Shown piece after piece: positions 18,873 to 28,672 of a stretch of 64,000 bases of DNA. The notes beneath the pieces are model-generated. The model did no database searches. It saw only the letters and a list, made by a program, of their open reading frames with translations, and was not told the origin of the DNA. Each line of letters starts with the position of its first letter. Positions within the stretch are counted from its first letter, which is position 1. The translations under genes and the position numbers were made by a program. Source of the DNA: Myxococcota bacterium (GTDB taxonomy: Bacteria; Myxococcota_A; UBA9160; SZUA-336); contig CBDFGR010000002.1 of NCBI GenBank assembly GCA_965247115.1, positions 2,153,249 to 2,217,248 on the forward strand. The letters are read 5' to 3'.

Positions 18873-20972
18873 ATGCACTGCGGCGTAAGTCTTCTAGCAG
18901 CCATCACCGTTCTGCTGCTGCCGAGTGTCGAGCTGTCTGCGCAGGAAACCGAGCCTTCCGCCGTTGCGCAGACGGAAGCGCAAGGGGCGATCGAGGAGAT
19001 CATCGTCACCGCGGAACGGCGCCCCACCGTTCTGCTGGAGACTCCGGCGTCCATCTCCGTGGTCTCGGCCGAGGAGATCCTGACCGCCAGGCCCGCGCTG
19101 GGGCTCGACGAGGCCCTCGACATGGTGCCCGGCGTCTTCGCGCAGTCCGCACGCAACTTTTCGCAGGACACGCGCGTCTCGATTCGCGGTTTCGGTTCGC
19201 GCGCGGAGTTCGGCGTGCGCGGCATAAAGGTGCTCGTCGACGGAGTGCCGAACACGCTGCCGGACGGCCAGACAGAGCTGGACTCGCTCGAGCTGGATTT
19301 TGTCGATCGCATCGAGGTCGTCCGCGGTCCGGTCTCGTCCCTCTACGGAGGCGGTGGCGGCGGCCTGATCTCGGTCTCCACGATCGAGCCGAGCCCAGAG
19401 CCACGGGTCACGCTCCGCACCCTGTTCGGTACGGACCACCTATCGAAGTACTCGGCGACCGTCACTGGAACCCACGGGGCGACGGGCTACGCAGCCGGCC
19501 TGGTCAGGACGCGGCAGAGCGCCTACCGGGACCACAACCGCGCGGAGCAGACGGTGCTCATGACGAAGCTCCGGCGCGAGATCGAGGGGGGGGCGCAGCT
19601 CGGCCTGAACTTCTCCGCGGTCTGGGCGCCGGAAGCGCAGGATGCGGGGGGGCTCAGGGCCACGGAGGTGTCCGCGGATCGGAAGCAAGCGCGCTCGGCG
19701 AACGTCATCCGCGATGCGGGGGAGAAGCTCAACCAGCAGAAGCTGTCGGTCTCCCTGCGGCAACCGCTCGGTCAGGATCACGAGGTCAAGGCTGTCGCGT
19801 ACGTGGTCTGGCGCGATTTCTCGAACTCGCTCCCGATCGACCGCCGGGTCGACTTCGACCGGACGATCACGGGGGGTTCCCTCCAGTATCTGGGTGCCTC
19901 CGGCATCGTCAGCTGGATTGCCGGCCTCGACGTGGACATTCAGAAGGACAGGCGGCGCAACTACAGGAACGAGTTTGGCGCACGCGGGGACCTCACGCTG
20001 AGCCAGTCAGAGACCGTGCGCGCCGTCGGTCCCTTCGCGCAGGTCGAGGTCGCCTTACCCCACGACTTCAGTGTGGTGGCGGGCGCGCGCTACGACTGGG
20101 TCGAGTTTGTCGTCGGGGATCGTTTCGTGACCCCGACAAACGGAGACCGCTCCGATCGCATGCGCTTTCGCGAGCTCTCGCCGCGCCTCGGCATACACTG
20201 GGGGCGAAGCCCGGCGCTGCAGCTCTACGCCAATCTGGCCACGGGATTCCGCGTGCCCACCACGACCGAGCTGTCCCCTTCCGATGCCAACGGTGGCTTC
20301 TCTTCGGACCTCGATCCCGAGCGGAGCGTCGGGCTCGAGGTCGGTGCCAAGGGTCTGCTGTGGGAACGGATCTACTACGACCTGGCGCTCTTCGATATGC
20401 GGATCGACGACGTGGCCGTCGAGTTCGAGGATCCGACCGGGCAGTCCCTGTTCCGAGACGCAGGCGAAGCGCGACGACGTGGTGTGGAGTTCGCGTTCTC
20501 CGCATCCCTGACGCCAGGCCTCAGCATGCGCGCGGGCTACACGTACGCGGATTATCGCTACAAGGACTTCAAGGTCATCGGAACAACAACGGAGTTCGAC
20601 GGGAACCGCGAGCCCAACACGCCAAAGCACAGCGTTACTGCGGAGCTGCGTGGCGAGCTACCCTCGGGCGTCTACGGCACACTCGCGCTTCGCCACTTCT
20701 CCGACATCGAGGTGAACGACGCGAACTGCGCTGAGAGCTCTGGGTCGACGCTCTCTGACGCGCGTGTGGGCTGGCAGCTGGAACGAGGAGACACGATCTT
20801 CGAGTCCTTCCTCGGCGCGCGAAACTGGAGCGGTGCGCGCTTCAACGGCTCCCTTCGACCGAACTCCTTCTCGATCTTCAACCCGGACACTTGCAGGGTG
20901 ATCGTCCCGGGTCGCTACTACGAGCCGGCTCCAGAGACCGAGCTGTACATGGGAGTGCAGGTCCGCTTCTGA
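18873..20972 (+). CDS. TonB-dependent receptor, YncD/PqqU-like
   Basis: Plug NFSQDTRVSIRGFGSRAEFGVRGIKVLVDGVPNTLPDGQ and C-terminal GRYYEPAP...VRF match my recollection of E. coli YncD. Confidence 0.85.
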   Translation: MHCGVSLLAAITVLLLPSVELSAQETEPSAVAQTEAQGAIEEIIVTAERRPTVLLETPASISVVSAEEILTARPALGLDEALDMVPGVFAQSARNFSQDTRVSIRGFGSRAEFGVRGIKVLVDGVPNTLPDGQTELDSLELDFVDRIEVVRGPVSSLYGGGGGGLISVSTIEPSPEPRVTLRTLFGTDHLSKYSATVTGTHGATGYAAGLVRTRQSAYRDHNRAEQTVLMTKLRREIEGGAQLGLNFSAVWAPEAQDAGGLRATEVSADRKQARSANVIRDAGEKLNQQKLSVSLRQPLGQDHEVKAVAYVVWRDFSNSLPIDRRVDFDRTITGGSLQYLGASGIVSWIAGLDVDIQKDRRRNYRNEFGARGDLTLSQSETVRAVGPFAQVEVALPHDFSVVAGARYDWVEFVVGDRFVTPTNGDRSDRMRFRELSPRLGIHWGRSPALQLYANLATGFRVPTTTELSPSDANGGFSSDLDPERSVGLEVGAKGLLWERIYYDLALFDMRIDDVAVEFEDPTGQSLFRDAGEARRRGVEFAFSASLTPGLSMRAGYTYADYRYKDFKVIGTTTEFDGNREPNTPKHSVTAELRGELPSGVYGTLALRHFSDIEVNDANCAESSGSTLSDARVGWQLERGDTIFESFLGARNWSGARFNGSLRPNSFSIFNPDTCRVIVPGRYYEPAPETELYMGVQVRF

Positions 20973-20991
20973 GGGATCGAGGTCGATCGCT

Positions 20992-22851
20992 TCAGAAGAT
21001 CCCCAGAAACCCATGGCTGGCGGCGGGCTGCGTTCGGAGGGCCCTGGAGACTTCCTCGTCGGTGATCCGTTCTGCCAGGGAAGCCGCGCTCTCGCCATCC
21101 TTGTCTCGATAGCGCTTTGCCGCGCCGGCTTCGAGCAGAACGCGGATGATCTCTGGGCTGCGGCTCTGGACCGCCAGCATGAGAGCCGTCGCCCTTCGTT
21201 CGTTACGTACGTCGACGTCGGCCTCCTTGGCGATCAGCTCCCTGACGACCCCGAGATGCGAACGAGATGCTGCGATCATGAGCGGTGTATTGCCGTTGCC
21301 GCTCTTCTCGTTGCAATTTGCGCCGTGTTGGAGCAGGACGCGCGCGACGCCGGCAAATCCCTCGTGTGCGGCAAGAGCCAGGGGAGGCCTGTCCGCCTCG
21401 TCGCGAGCACTCAAGGAGGCCCCTGCCTCGAGAAGAAGCGAGACAACCCCCGGCTTTCCCGAGCGAAGCGCCGCGAAGAACGCCTGCCCTCCCACGTCGA
21501 GCTCCGCCCCTGCCTCGAGGAGTACGGAAGCGATCCGCACGTCGCCCGAACGCAAGGCGGCCAGGAATGGCGTGCGACCCTCTCCATCGCGAGCCTCGAG
21601 CTCAGCCCCTGCGCCCAGCAATGCGCGTACGGTCGGCTGATCGCCTGCGCTGGAAGCGAGTATGAGCGCGGTCCTTCCATTCGGGGTCTTCGTCTCGGTC
21701 CGAACCCCTGCGGCGAGCAAGATTTCCACGCACTTCGCGCGCCCCCGCTCGGCGGCGACGTGGAGCGGTGTCAGGCCCTCACTGCCGGCCCTCGATGGAC
21801 TGGTGCCGTTTCTCAGCAACGCGCGGACCAGCTCGGACTCCCCTGCTGCAGCGGCCCTCAGCAGAGCGGCTCCACCGTCACCCCTGCGAACTACCGCCTT
21901 GACCTGGGAGTCTGCAGAATCCCTCGGCTCTTCCGTCCGACCCCCTCCGGCTCGGCGCAACGCTGCAACGATGGCGGCGTTTCCTCGCGCAGTGGCGACG
22001 TCTAAGGCCGTCTCGCCGTCGGCGTTTCTGTGGCCGGGATCGGACCCGGCACGGAGCAATAGGTTGACGAGCTTCGAGTGGCTCCTCTGTGCAGCGAGGA
22101 TCAGGGGCGTGTTTCCATAGCGGTCGACCACGTCCTGTGGCACACGGTGGTCCAGCAGGATCCGAGCCACGGCCTGATGGCCGCCGCTCGCCGCCAGAGT
22201 CAGAGCGGAGTCGCCGAAGCTGTCGCGCATCAGGGGGTGAGCTCCCGCGTCCAGGAGAAACGCGACCGCCTCGTGGTGGCCCGCGGCTGCAGCGATGACC
22301 AGGAGCGTTCTGCCGTCCTCATCGCGTGTATCCGGTGATGAGCTCGCCGCGATCAGCTGCTCGAGGTCTCCCACGGCTCCCGTAGAAGCGGCGCGCCGCA
22401 GGGACGCCTCGGCATCTGCACTGGCCAGTCGATCGGGAAGCGACTTCTCTAGCGTTCCGAGGCGTTCGCGAGCCTTGCGATGTCCTTGCTCTGCAGCACG
22501 GCCAAGCCAGAGGGCGGCGTCCGCGAGATCTGCTGTGACTCCCGTGCCGTTCAGGTAGCAGAGGCCAAGGCTGTACTGGGCCTTTGCATGCCCGGCTCGG
22601 GCGGCCCGAGAATACAGCGCGTAAGCCCGCTTCGCGTCCTTCCGGACGCCCTGACCGGAGCGATACAGGGCCCCGAGGTGGTACTCGGCCTCCCGATCGC
22701 CTTGCCGGGCCAGCGTCTGCCAGATGGCCGCAGCTCTGGCCGGGTCCCCTCGACGGATCGCGGTGAAGCCATCTTCGAGGTCCTGGCCGTGCGCTGGTAG
22801 CCCGAAGCTCGCGGCGAGGAGTGTCAGTCCGAGTCCGCTACGGAATCCCAT
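20992..22851 (-). CDS. Secreted Sel1-repeat plus ankyrin-repeat protein
   Basis: Signal peptide; AEYHLGALYRSGQGV and AQYSLGLCYLNGTGV Sel1 repeats; more than 10 ankyrin repeats (GNTPLILAA, GLTPLHVAA, GRTALILAS). Confidence 0.9.
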   Translation of the reverse strand: MGFRSGLGLTLLAASFGLPAHGQDLEDGFTAIRRGDPARAAAIWQTLARQGDREAEYHLGALYRSGQGVRKDAKRAYALYSRAARAGHAKAQYSLGLCYLNGTGVTADLADAALWLGRAAEQGHRKARERLGTLEKSLPDRLASADAEASLRRAASTGAVGDLEQLIAASSSPDTRDEDGRTLLVIAAAAGHHEAVAFLLDAGAHPLMRDSFGDSALTLAASGGHQAVARILLDHRVPQDVVDRYGNTPLILAAQRSHSKLVNLLLRAGSDPGHRNADGETALDVATARGNAAIVAALRRAGGGRTEEPRDSADSQVKAVVRRGDGGAALLRAAAAGESELVRALLRNGTSPSRAGSEGLTPLHVAAERGRAKCVEILLAAGVRTETKTPNGRTALILASSAGDQPTVRALLGAGAELEARDGEGRTPFLAALRSGDVRIASVLLEAGAELDVGGQAFFAALRSGKPGVVSLLLEAGASLSARDEADRPPLALAAHEGFAGVARVLLQHGANCNEKSGNGNTPLMIAASRSHLGVVRELIAKEADVDVRNERRATALMLAVQSRSPEIIRVLLEAGAAKRYRDKDGESAASLAERITDEEVSRALRTQPAASHGFLGIF

Positions 22852-22859
22852 ACGTTACG

Positions 22860-24944
22860 TCAGAAGTCATAGCGGCCCCCGACATTGACGAAGTACTCCG
22901 TCTCGTCGGCATCGTTGTCGTTCGCCGTGCCCCTCTCGATGTCCACCCCACCGTCGAGCTCGAACTGCAAATCGTGCCAGCGGTAGTCGAGTCTGAGCAA
23001 AGGCCGGAGCTTCCACTGATCCTCTGAGCCGTCATTGCTGCGGAACTCGAGCGAGACGCGGGGGCCCAGGCGAAGACCGTCCAGAATCGGGTAGCGAGCG
23101 GCGACCGTTGCGGAGTAGCGATCGTTCGTATCGGCGTTGGCGAACCGCAGGCTGAAGGTCGTAAAGCTCCCATCGACGACGAGGTCTGCTCCCGTCGCGC
23201 GAAGCGAGACGTTGTACTCGTTTCCAGTGCCAGGAGTCGCCGGAACGCCCGCCGATGCCGGCGTGTCCGAGAGCTTGGAGACGGATACGTCTCCCGCGAT
23301 CTGCCAGCCCGAACCGAGCCGATGAGAGACGCCGAGCGTGGCAGTTCGGGAGTCGGCGGTGCGATCCTCCGCGAGGTCGCGAATCTGATCCTCATCGAAG
23401 AGCGCTTCGAGATCGTCGAAGTCCGCCACGGGCTGGCCTTGTATCGCGTTCCTCGTGGTGAGGATCGGGCTTTTTCGATGGTCTGCCGACACGCTGACGT
23501 TCGTCGAGTCGCCGAGACGCCAGTTGCTGATAAACATCAGGGTGTTCAGCGCGCTGTAGGAGACGTCGTAGTCTACGAGCGCGAGCGCGAAGGACTGTCC
23601 ACCGGTGTAGCGAATCTGACCACCGATCGCGGAGCGATCCTCCACGCCGTGAAGATCCTGTCGAATCGCGAACAGCTGAACGTCCCAGCGCTCCAGGAAC
23701 GGCCCGATGTCAGCGCTCGTGCCGTAGAAGAAGCGCTGGCTGTTGATTCGGTTGGAATCGCTGAACTCGACCGGAAAACCGCTGACAATGGAGAGGCGCA
23801 ACCGCTCTGACATCTGCCTCCACACCTGTACGCCGTCGAAGCGGCCGAGAACGCCACCGCCCGAGGCAGATTGCCGACCCAGTCGGGCGGAGTACGCGCT
23901 CTTCCTCGACGAGACGTCGATGAACGCCGAGCTGGCGCGTATGGCGTCCTCGGAGTCGAGCTGGTCCAGCAGGTCATGCCGGTAGGTACCGGAGAAGTTC
24001 GTCCGCGCGGAGAACGGCCCCCGCGAATGTCGCGAGCCCAGGAACACGTCGGAGTCCAGCGAGGAATTGATCGTTTCCGAGCCCGTTACCTCGGTGTCGA
24101 CCGTGCCCCAGCGATAGAACTGTGCGACGCCGCCGAAGAACGAGTGTTCGAAGCTCGCCGTCTCGCGCGCTGGTCTCTTGGCCGGGCGCTGTCCGCGGGT
24201 CCTTGCAGTTCGGAGCGCCTGCAGGCGTTGAAGCACCCGAGCAACCCCCTCTGACTCGCGATACGTGGCCAGGTACTCCTCGTACTCGGCACGGGCGTGC
24301 GCCAACCTGCCAGCTCGCTGGTATGCCAGCCCGAGCAGCTCCTTTGCCTCGGGTGCCCTGGGATCGTCAGGCTTCCCGAGCACCTTCGTGAAGAGCATGG
24401 CGGCGCGCGGGAAGTCCCCCGCAGTCATGGCCTTGCGGCCCTCCGTCATGATGCGGTCGCTGCGCGACGTTCGAGCTCCTTCCTGCTCGCGTAGCAAGAT
24501 CTGGATTCGTTCCAGGGACGAAGGCTGTGCCACCTTGAATTCAACAGGGCGCTCGAAGTTGAGAAAAAGTCCTGGGTCCCCCCTGGCGTCGAGGTCGACG
24601 TGGATGTCGATCAGGGGGACCAGGTCGCGTGCCCGCCAGACCAGGACCTGGTCTTCCGCAAGCTCTGAGGGAATATCCTGGGGACTCTCCGCACGGAGCC
24701 GGATCTGTAGCGACTCGGACGTGCCGGAAGGAGTATGCGACAGATAGCGGAAGCGGCCCTCGAGGTGGACCTCGATGACGGTCCAGCTCTGGCTCGGGGT
24801 AACCTTGATGCCGCGGATGACGCGCACGGGGGTCACCGCCCTGGCCCGGCTCAGCGGCGAGAACGTGATCAGCGTGAGGAGCGCAACGCACCAACATCGG
24901 CGACTCCTGCTGTGCCGGCGGGCTGTCAGGGGGGGGCGAGACAA
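22860..24944 (-). CDS. Outer-membrane beta-barrel with N-terminal AMIN-like and TPR domains (putative conduit porin)
   Basis: Signal peptide; TPR segment AKELLGLAYQRAGRLAHARAEYEEYL; many amphipathic strands; terminal GRYDF. Confidence 0.78.
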   Translation of the reverse strand: MSRPPLTARRHSRSRRCWCVALLTLITFSPLSRARAVTPVRVIRGIKVTPSQSWTVIEVHLEGRFRYLSHTPSGTSESLQIRLRAESPQDIPSELAEDQVLVWRARDLVPLIDIHVDLDARGDPGLFLNFERPVEFKVAQPSSLERIQILLREQEGARTSRSDRIMTEGRKAMTAGDFPRAAMLFTKVLGKPDDPRAPEAKELLGLAYQRAGRLAHARAEYEEYLATYRESEGVARVLQRLQALRTARTRGQRPAKRPARETASFEHSFFGGVAQFYRWGTVDTEVTGSETINSSLDSDVFLGSRHSRGPFSARTNFSGTYRHDLLDQLDSEDAIRASSAFIDVSSRKSAYSARLGRQSASGGGVLGRFDGVQVWRQMSERLRLSIVSGFPVEFSDSNRINSQRFFYGTSADIGPFLERWDVQLFAIRQDLHGVEDRSAIGGQIRYTGGQSFALALVDYDVSYSALNTLMFISNWRLGDSTNVSVSADHRKSPILTTRNAIQGQPVADFDDLEALFDEDQIRDLAEDRTADSRTATLGVSHRLGSGWQIAGDVSVSKLSDTPASAGVPATPGTGNEYNVSLRATGADLVVDGSFTTFSLRFANADTNDRYSATVAARYPILDGLRLGPRVSLEFRSNDGSEDQWKLRPLLRLDYRWHDLQFELDGGVDIERGTANDNDADETEYFVNVGGRYDF

Positions 24945-24947
24945 GCG

Positions 24948-27098
24948 TTACCAGCCTCCGCTGGTGACCCGGTGCTCTCCGGAACGAGCCTTGTCGATGG
25001 TCGAGAGGGTCGCATCCGTATATACGTGGCAGCTTCCGGCACAGTCACGGAGCTCGCCGGCTGTGTAGAGGATCCTGGGACTGTCGACCTTCTTGTGCGG
25101 CCCCGACTCGTAGTCGTTGGTATGGCAGCCTGCGCAATCCGGCTGGTACTGAGGGAAGTCCCAGGGGACGACCTCGTTGTTCGTCTTGTGGCAGCCCACG
25201 CAGCCAGGATTGACCCTATGGTCACCCGGGTAGGCTGCGGAGGCGTGGCTAAAGTTGATCGGTGTCCACAACGTGGTGTTGTGGCACATCTCGCAATCCA
25301 GCATCGTCACAAAGTGGCCCGAGGGTCGCCCGGTCGCCGTTACACCGTTGTGACATCCGCCACAGTTTCCCGTGACGTTCGCATGCGTAAAGCTGGCGGG
25401 CAGCCACGCGCTCGTCGTGTGGCAGGCCTCGCAGGATGACGTGGTGACGACATGATTCGGCGACATACCGGCTGCGTTGATGCCATTGTGGCAGGTCGCG
25501 CAGTTCCCAGTGACGCTCGAGTGATCGAAGCTCGCAGGGAGCCAGGCGTTGGTGTTGTGACAGGCTTCACAGGATGCGGTCGTAACGATGTGATTCGACG
25601 ACTTTCCTGTCGAGTTAACGCCGTTGTGGCAGGTCCCGCAGTCTGCGCTGATCGTAGAATGGTCGAAGCTCGCGGGAATCCAGCCGCTGGTCATGTGGCA
25701 CGTATCGCAGGCAGCCATGGTTGGCACGTGGTTCACCGACTTGCCTGTGGCGCTCACTCCGTTGTGGCAGCTCTCGCAGCTTCCCGTGACTGCAGAGTGG
25801 TCGAAGCTGGTCGGGATCCAGGCGCTCGTCCGGTGGCATGCTTCACACGACGCCATCGTTACGATGTGGTTTGCGGACTTGCCGGTCGCGCTCACGCCAT
25901 TGTGACAGCTCTCACAGTTGTCGGTTATGCCTGAGTGATCGAAGCTCGCGAGGATCCAGGAGCTCGTACTGTGACAGCTCTCGCAGGATGCCATCGTCAC
26001 AATGTGATTCGTAGGCTTGCCTACGGCGCTCACGCTGTTGTGACAGCTCTCACAGTTGCCGGTGATCCCCGAGTGATCGAAGCTCGTTGGGAGCCAGGCA
26101 CCTGTGCTGTGGCAGGTCTCGCAAGACTCGGTAGTGACGATGTGGTTCATCGTCTTGCCCGTGGCGCTCATGCCGTTGTGACAGCTCTCGCAATTCCCGC
26201 TGATGCCTGAGTGATCAAAGCTCGTCGGGAGCCATGCCCTGGTCGTGTGGCATGTCTCGCAAGGAGCGGCGGTCATGATGTGGCCAGCAGACTTACCCTC
26301 GGCGTTGACGCCGTTGTGGCAGCTCTCACAGTTGTCTGTAATGCCTGAGTGGTCGAAGAGCGCAGGTACGAACGCGTTTGTGCTGTGACAGAACTCGCAA
26401 GAGGTGGCCGTCACGATGTGAACCGCGGACTTGCCGATGGCGTTGATGCCGTTGTGGCAGGTCCCGCAGCTGTCAGTGATGTTCGAGTGGTCGAAGCGCG
26501 TTCCCATCCAGGACGTGGTGTTGTGACAGTCCTCACAGATGTTCGAGCTGGCGATGTGGGTGAGCGACTTCCCCGTTGCTGTCACGCCGTTGTGGCAGCT
26601 CAGGCAGCTCCCCGTGATGCCCGAATGGTCAAATCTGGCTGACGAGAAGGTCACGGTACCGTGACAGTCCTCGCATGCATCAGAGCTCGGCAGATGCGAG
26701 GCTGACTTGCCGACCGCGGTCGCGCCGTTGTGGCAACCAAAACAGCTCCCGCTGATCTCCGCATGGTCGAAGCGGGCGCCAAACCAGTGGTTCGTGGTGT
26801 GGCAGTCGGCGCAGGGCGCTGAGGTCGGAACGTGGTTCTGGGGCTTGTGGCTCGACGCCACACCACCTACGCCGTGGCAAGTCGAGCACTCCTTCGACGT
26901 CCCCTCGAACAGACCTCTGTTGTGGCACGACTCGCAGGCTACGCGCTCGTGGGCGCCCGTGAGCGGGAAGCTCGTCAAGAAGTGGTCGAAGTCCCGATCC
27001 TGGGCTCCGGAGTAGGGCGCGGGTGCCAGAACGATTGCCGCTGCGATGGCTAGCGCGCCAGCCGGCAATATCAGGAAAGCGAACCCACGCAGAGTCAT
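24948..27098 (-). CDS. Multiheme cytochrome c, 27 CxxCH plus 1 CxxxCH
   Basis: Motifs counted by hand; ATGA overlap with the upstream gene at 27095-27098; signal peptide. Confidence 0.95.
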   Translation of the reverse strand: MTLRGFAFLILPAGALAIAAAIVLAPAPYSGAQDRDFDHFLTSFPLTGAHERVACESCHNRGLFEGTSKECSTCHGVGGVASSHKPQNHVPTSAPCADCHTTNHWFGARFDHAEISGSCFGCHNGATAVGKSASHLPSSDACEDCHGTVTFSSARFDHSGITGSCLSCHNGVTATGKSLTHIASSNICEDCHNTTSWMGTRFDHSNITDSCGTCHNGINAIGKSAVHIVTATSCEFCHSTNAFVPALFDHSGITDNCESCHNGVNAEGKSAGHIMTAAPCETCHTTRAWLPTSFDHSGISGNCESCHNGMSATGKTMNHIVTTESCETCHSTGAWLPTSFDHSGITGNCESCHNSVSAVGKPTNHIVTMASCESCHSTSSWILASFDHSGITDNCESCHNGVSATGKSANHIVTMASCEACHRTSAWIPTSFDHSAVTGSCESCHNGVSATGKSVNHVPTMAACDTCHMTSGWIPASFDHSTISADCGTCHNGVNSTGKSSNHIVTTASCEACHNTNAWLPASFDHSSVTGNCATCHNGINAAGMSPNHVVTTSSCEACHTTSAWLPASFTHANVTGNCGGCHNGVTATGRPSGHFVTMLDCEMCHNTTLWTPINFSHASAAYPGDHRVNPGCVGCHKTNNEVVPWDFPQYQPDCAGCHTNDYESGPHKKVDSPRILYTAGELRDCAGSCHVYTDATLSTIDKARSGEHRVTSGGW
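25255..26772 (-). repeat. 11 tandem intragenic 138-bp (46-aa) di-heme repeats
   Basis: Unit FDHSGITGNCESCHNGVSATGKSANHIVTMASCEACHSTSAWLPTS repeated 11 times with divergence. Confidence 0.9.
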
Positions 27099-28672
27099 CG
27101 GGGCGACCTCATCTGGTCCCACCCGTCGGGCTGATGACATCTGGAGCAGTCCCTTCCATATCTCCCAAGGTGGACATCGTCGCGCTGGTGGCAGTAGCCA
27201 CAGGTCCTCGAGGTCTGGATCTTCCTGGCCACGGGCTGTGCGTGGCAGTCCCGGCACGTCTGCTCGACGTGAGCTCCCTCGAGAGGAAAGTCAGTCTGCC
27301 GATCGTGATCGAACTGCCAGAAGCTCCATCCGTTCGGGTTGTGGCAGAGCTGGCAGCCTGGACCGAGGGTCTGCTCGTGAAAGTCGTCGCCCCGGTGGCA
27401 GTCGTCGCAGCCAGTCGGAGCATCGTGGAAGGCTGTCGTCGCATGGCAGTCCTCACAGGTCGCTGCAGCGTGGAGACCCAGGAGGGGGAACCTTGTGAGG
27501 TCGTGATCGAAGAAGACACTTGCGCTCCAGCCCGTTTCCTGATGGCACTGCCCACACTCCTTGCCTTGCTGTCCCTTGTGAACGTCATCTTGCAAGTGGC
27601 ACGCTTGACAGTCGGTGCCGAGCTTCGACTCGCCGATGGTGCGGGTGTGGCATCGGACACACGCAACTTGCTCGTGCAATCCCCTCAGGGGGAAATCGGT
27701 AGCGTCGTGATCGAACCTGAGCCGCTCCCAGCCATTTGGTGAGTGACACGAGTCGCAGGAACGCCCGAAGCGCCCCTTGTGGCTGTCATCCGAGCGGTGG
27801 CAGGAGTAGCAGTCCGTCTGCATCTCGACTGCGTACAGATTGCCGGTGTGGCAGCTATCGCACTCCACCCTTTTGTGCGATCCCACGAGAGGGAAGTCCG
27901 TGTCCCTATCGTGATCGAAAGACATCACCTCCCACGCGCGGCTCGAGTGGCAATCTTCGCACTTGCGCCCGAAGCGGCCTGAGTGAACGTCGTTGAGCCG
28001 GTGGCAGGAGTAGCAGTCCATCGGGGTCTCTTCGAATTGCTCGTTGGGATGACAGAAGCTGCACGCGACCTGAGCGTGCCTACCCACGAGCCGAAAACGC
28101 GTCTCGTCATGATCGAATCCGATCCGCGTCCAGGACTTCGGGTTGTGGCAGTCCTGGCACTCATTGCCGAGGTCTCCGTCGTGGGGGTCCTCCTCGCCGT
28201 GGCAGTCCACGCAGTCGGACATGGCATCGCGGTGCAGCTCCTCGGAGGGGTGGCATTCCGCGCACGGCACGCTCTGATGTCGGCCGACCAGCCCGAAGTC
28301 CGTGAAGTCGTGATCGAACGTCTCTGGGTCCAGGCCGACGATGTCACCGTCTCGTCCGATGTGCTCCGTGTGACAGGTGCTGCACTCCATGGCGAGGGCG
28401 TTACTCCGGCCGTGGAACCCGCTCCTTCCCTTGACGTCCTCGGCTACGGCGTCGTGGCAGTCGAGGCAGAGTGAACGCTGTTCTGTCCTCTGGAACGGTC
28501 TGTGACAGTTGCTGCATTCCCCCTCGAGGTCCTCGTGGCCGCGTATCACCTCTCCCGGCATGATGATCTTCTCGAGATCGATGCCTGCAGCAGAACCCGG
28601 CGCGACACTGGCCAGGAGGGCAACCCGCAGCACGCGTCGAGCCGAATCAATACATGTGGACAGCGAGAACAT
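27095..28672 (-). CDS. Multiheme cytochrome c, 21 CxxCH
   Basis: 21 motifs counted, mostly arranged in tri-heme repeats FDH..T.FPL.G.H..CxxCH..CxxCH..H..CxxCH. Confidence 0.95.
   Translation of the reverse strand: MFSLSTCIDSARRVLRVALLASVAPGSAAGIDLEKIIMPGEVIRGHEDLEGECSNCHRPFQRTEQRSLCLDCHDAVAEDVKGRSGFHGRSNALAMECSTCHTEHIGRDGDIVGLDPETFDHDFTDFGLVGRHQSVPCAECHPSEELHRDAMSDCVDCHGEEDPHDGDLGNECQDCHNPKSWTRIGFDHDETRFRLVGRHAQVACSFCHPNEQFEETPMDCYSCHRLNDVHSGRFGRKCEDCHSSRAWEVMSFDHDRDTDFPLVGSHKRVECDSCHTGNLYAVEMQTDCYSCHRSDDSHKGRFGRSCDSCHSPNGWERLRFDHDATDFPLRGLHEQVACVRCHTRTIGESKLGTDCQACHLQDDVHKGQQGKECGQCHQETGWSASVFFDHDLTRFPLLGLHAAATCEDCHATTAFHDAPTGCDDCHRGDDFHEQTLGPGCQLCHNPNGWSFWQFDHDRQTDFPLEGAHVEQTCRDCHAQPVARKIQTSRTCGYCHQRDDVHLGRYGRDCSRCHQPDGWDQMRSPR

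Noticed and set aside
25255..26772. Regular repeats as a CRISPR array
   Set aside because: They are degenerate 138-bp in-frame coding repeats with no spacers and no cas genes.
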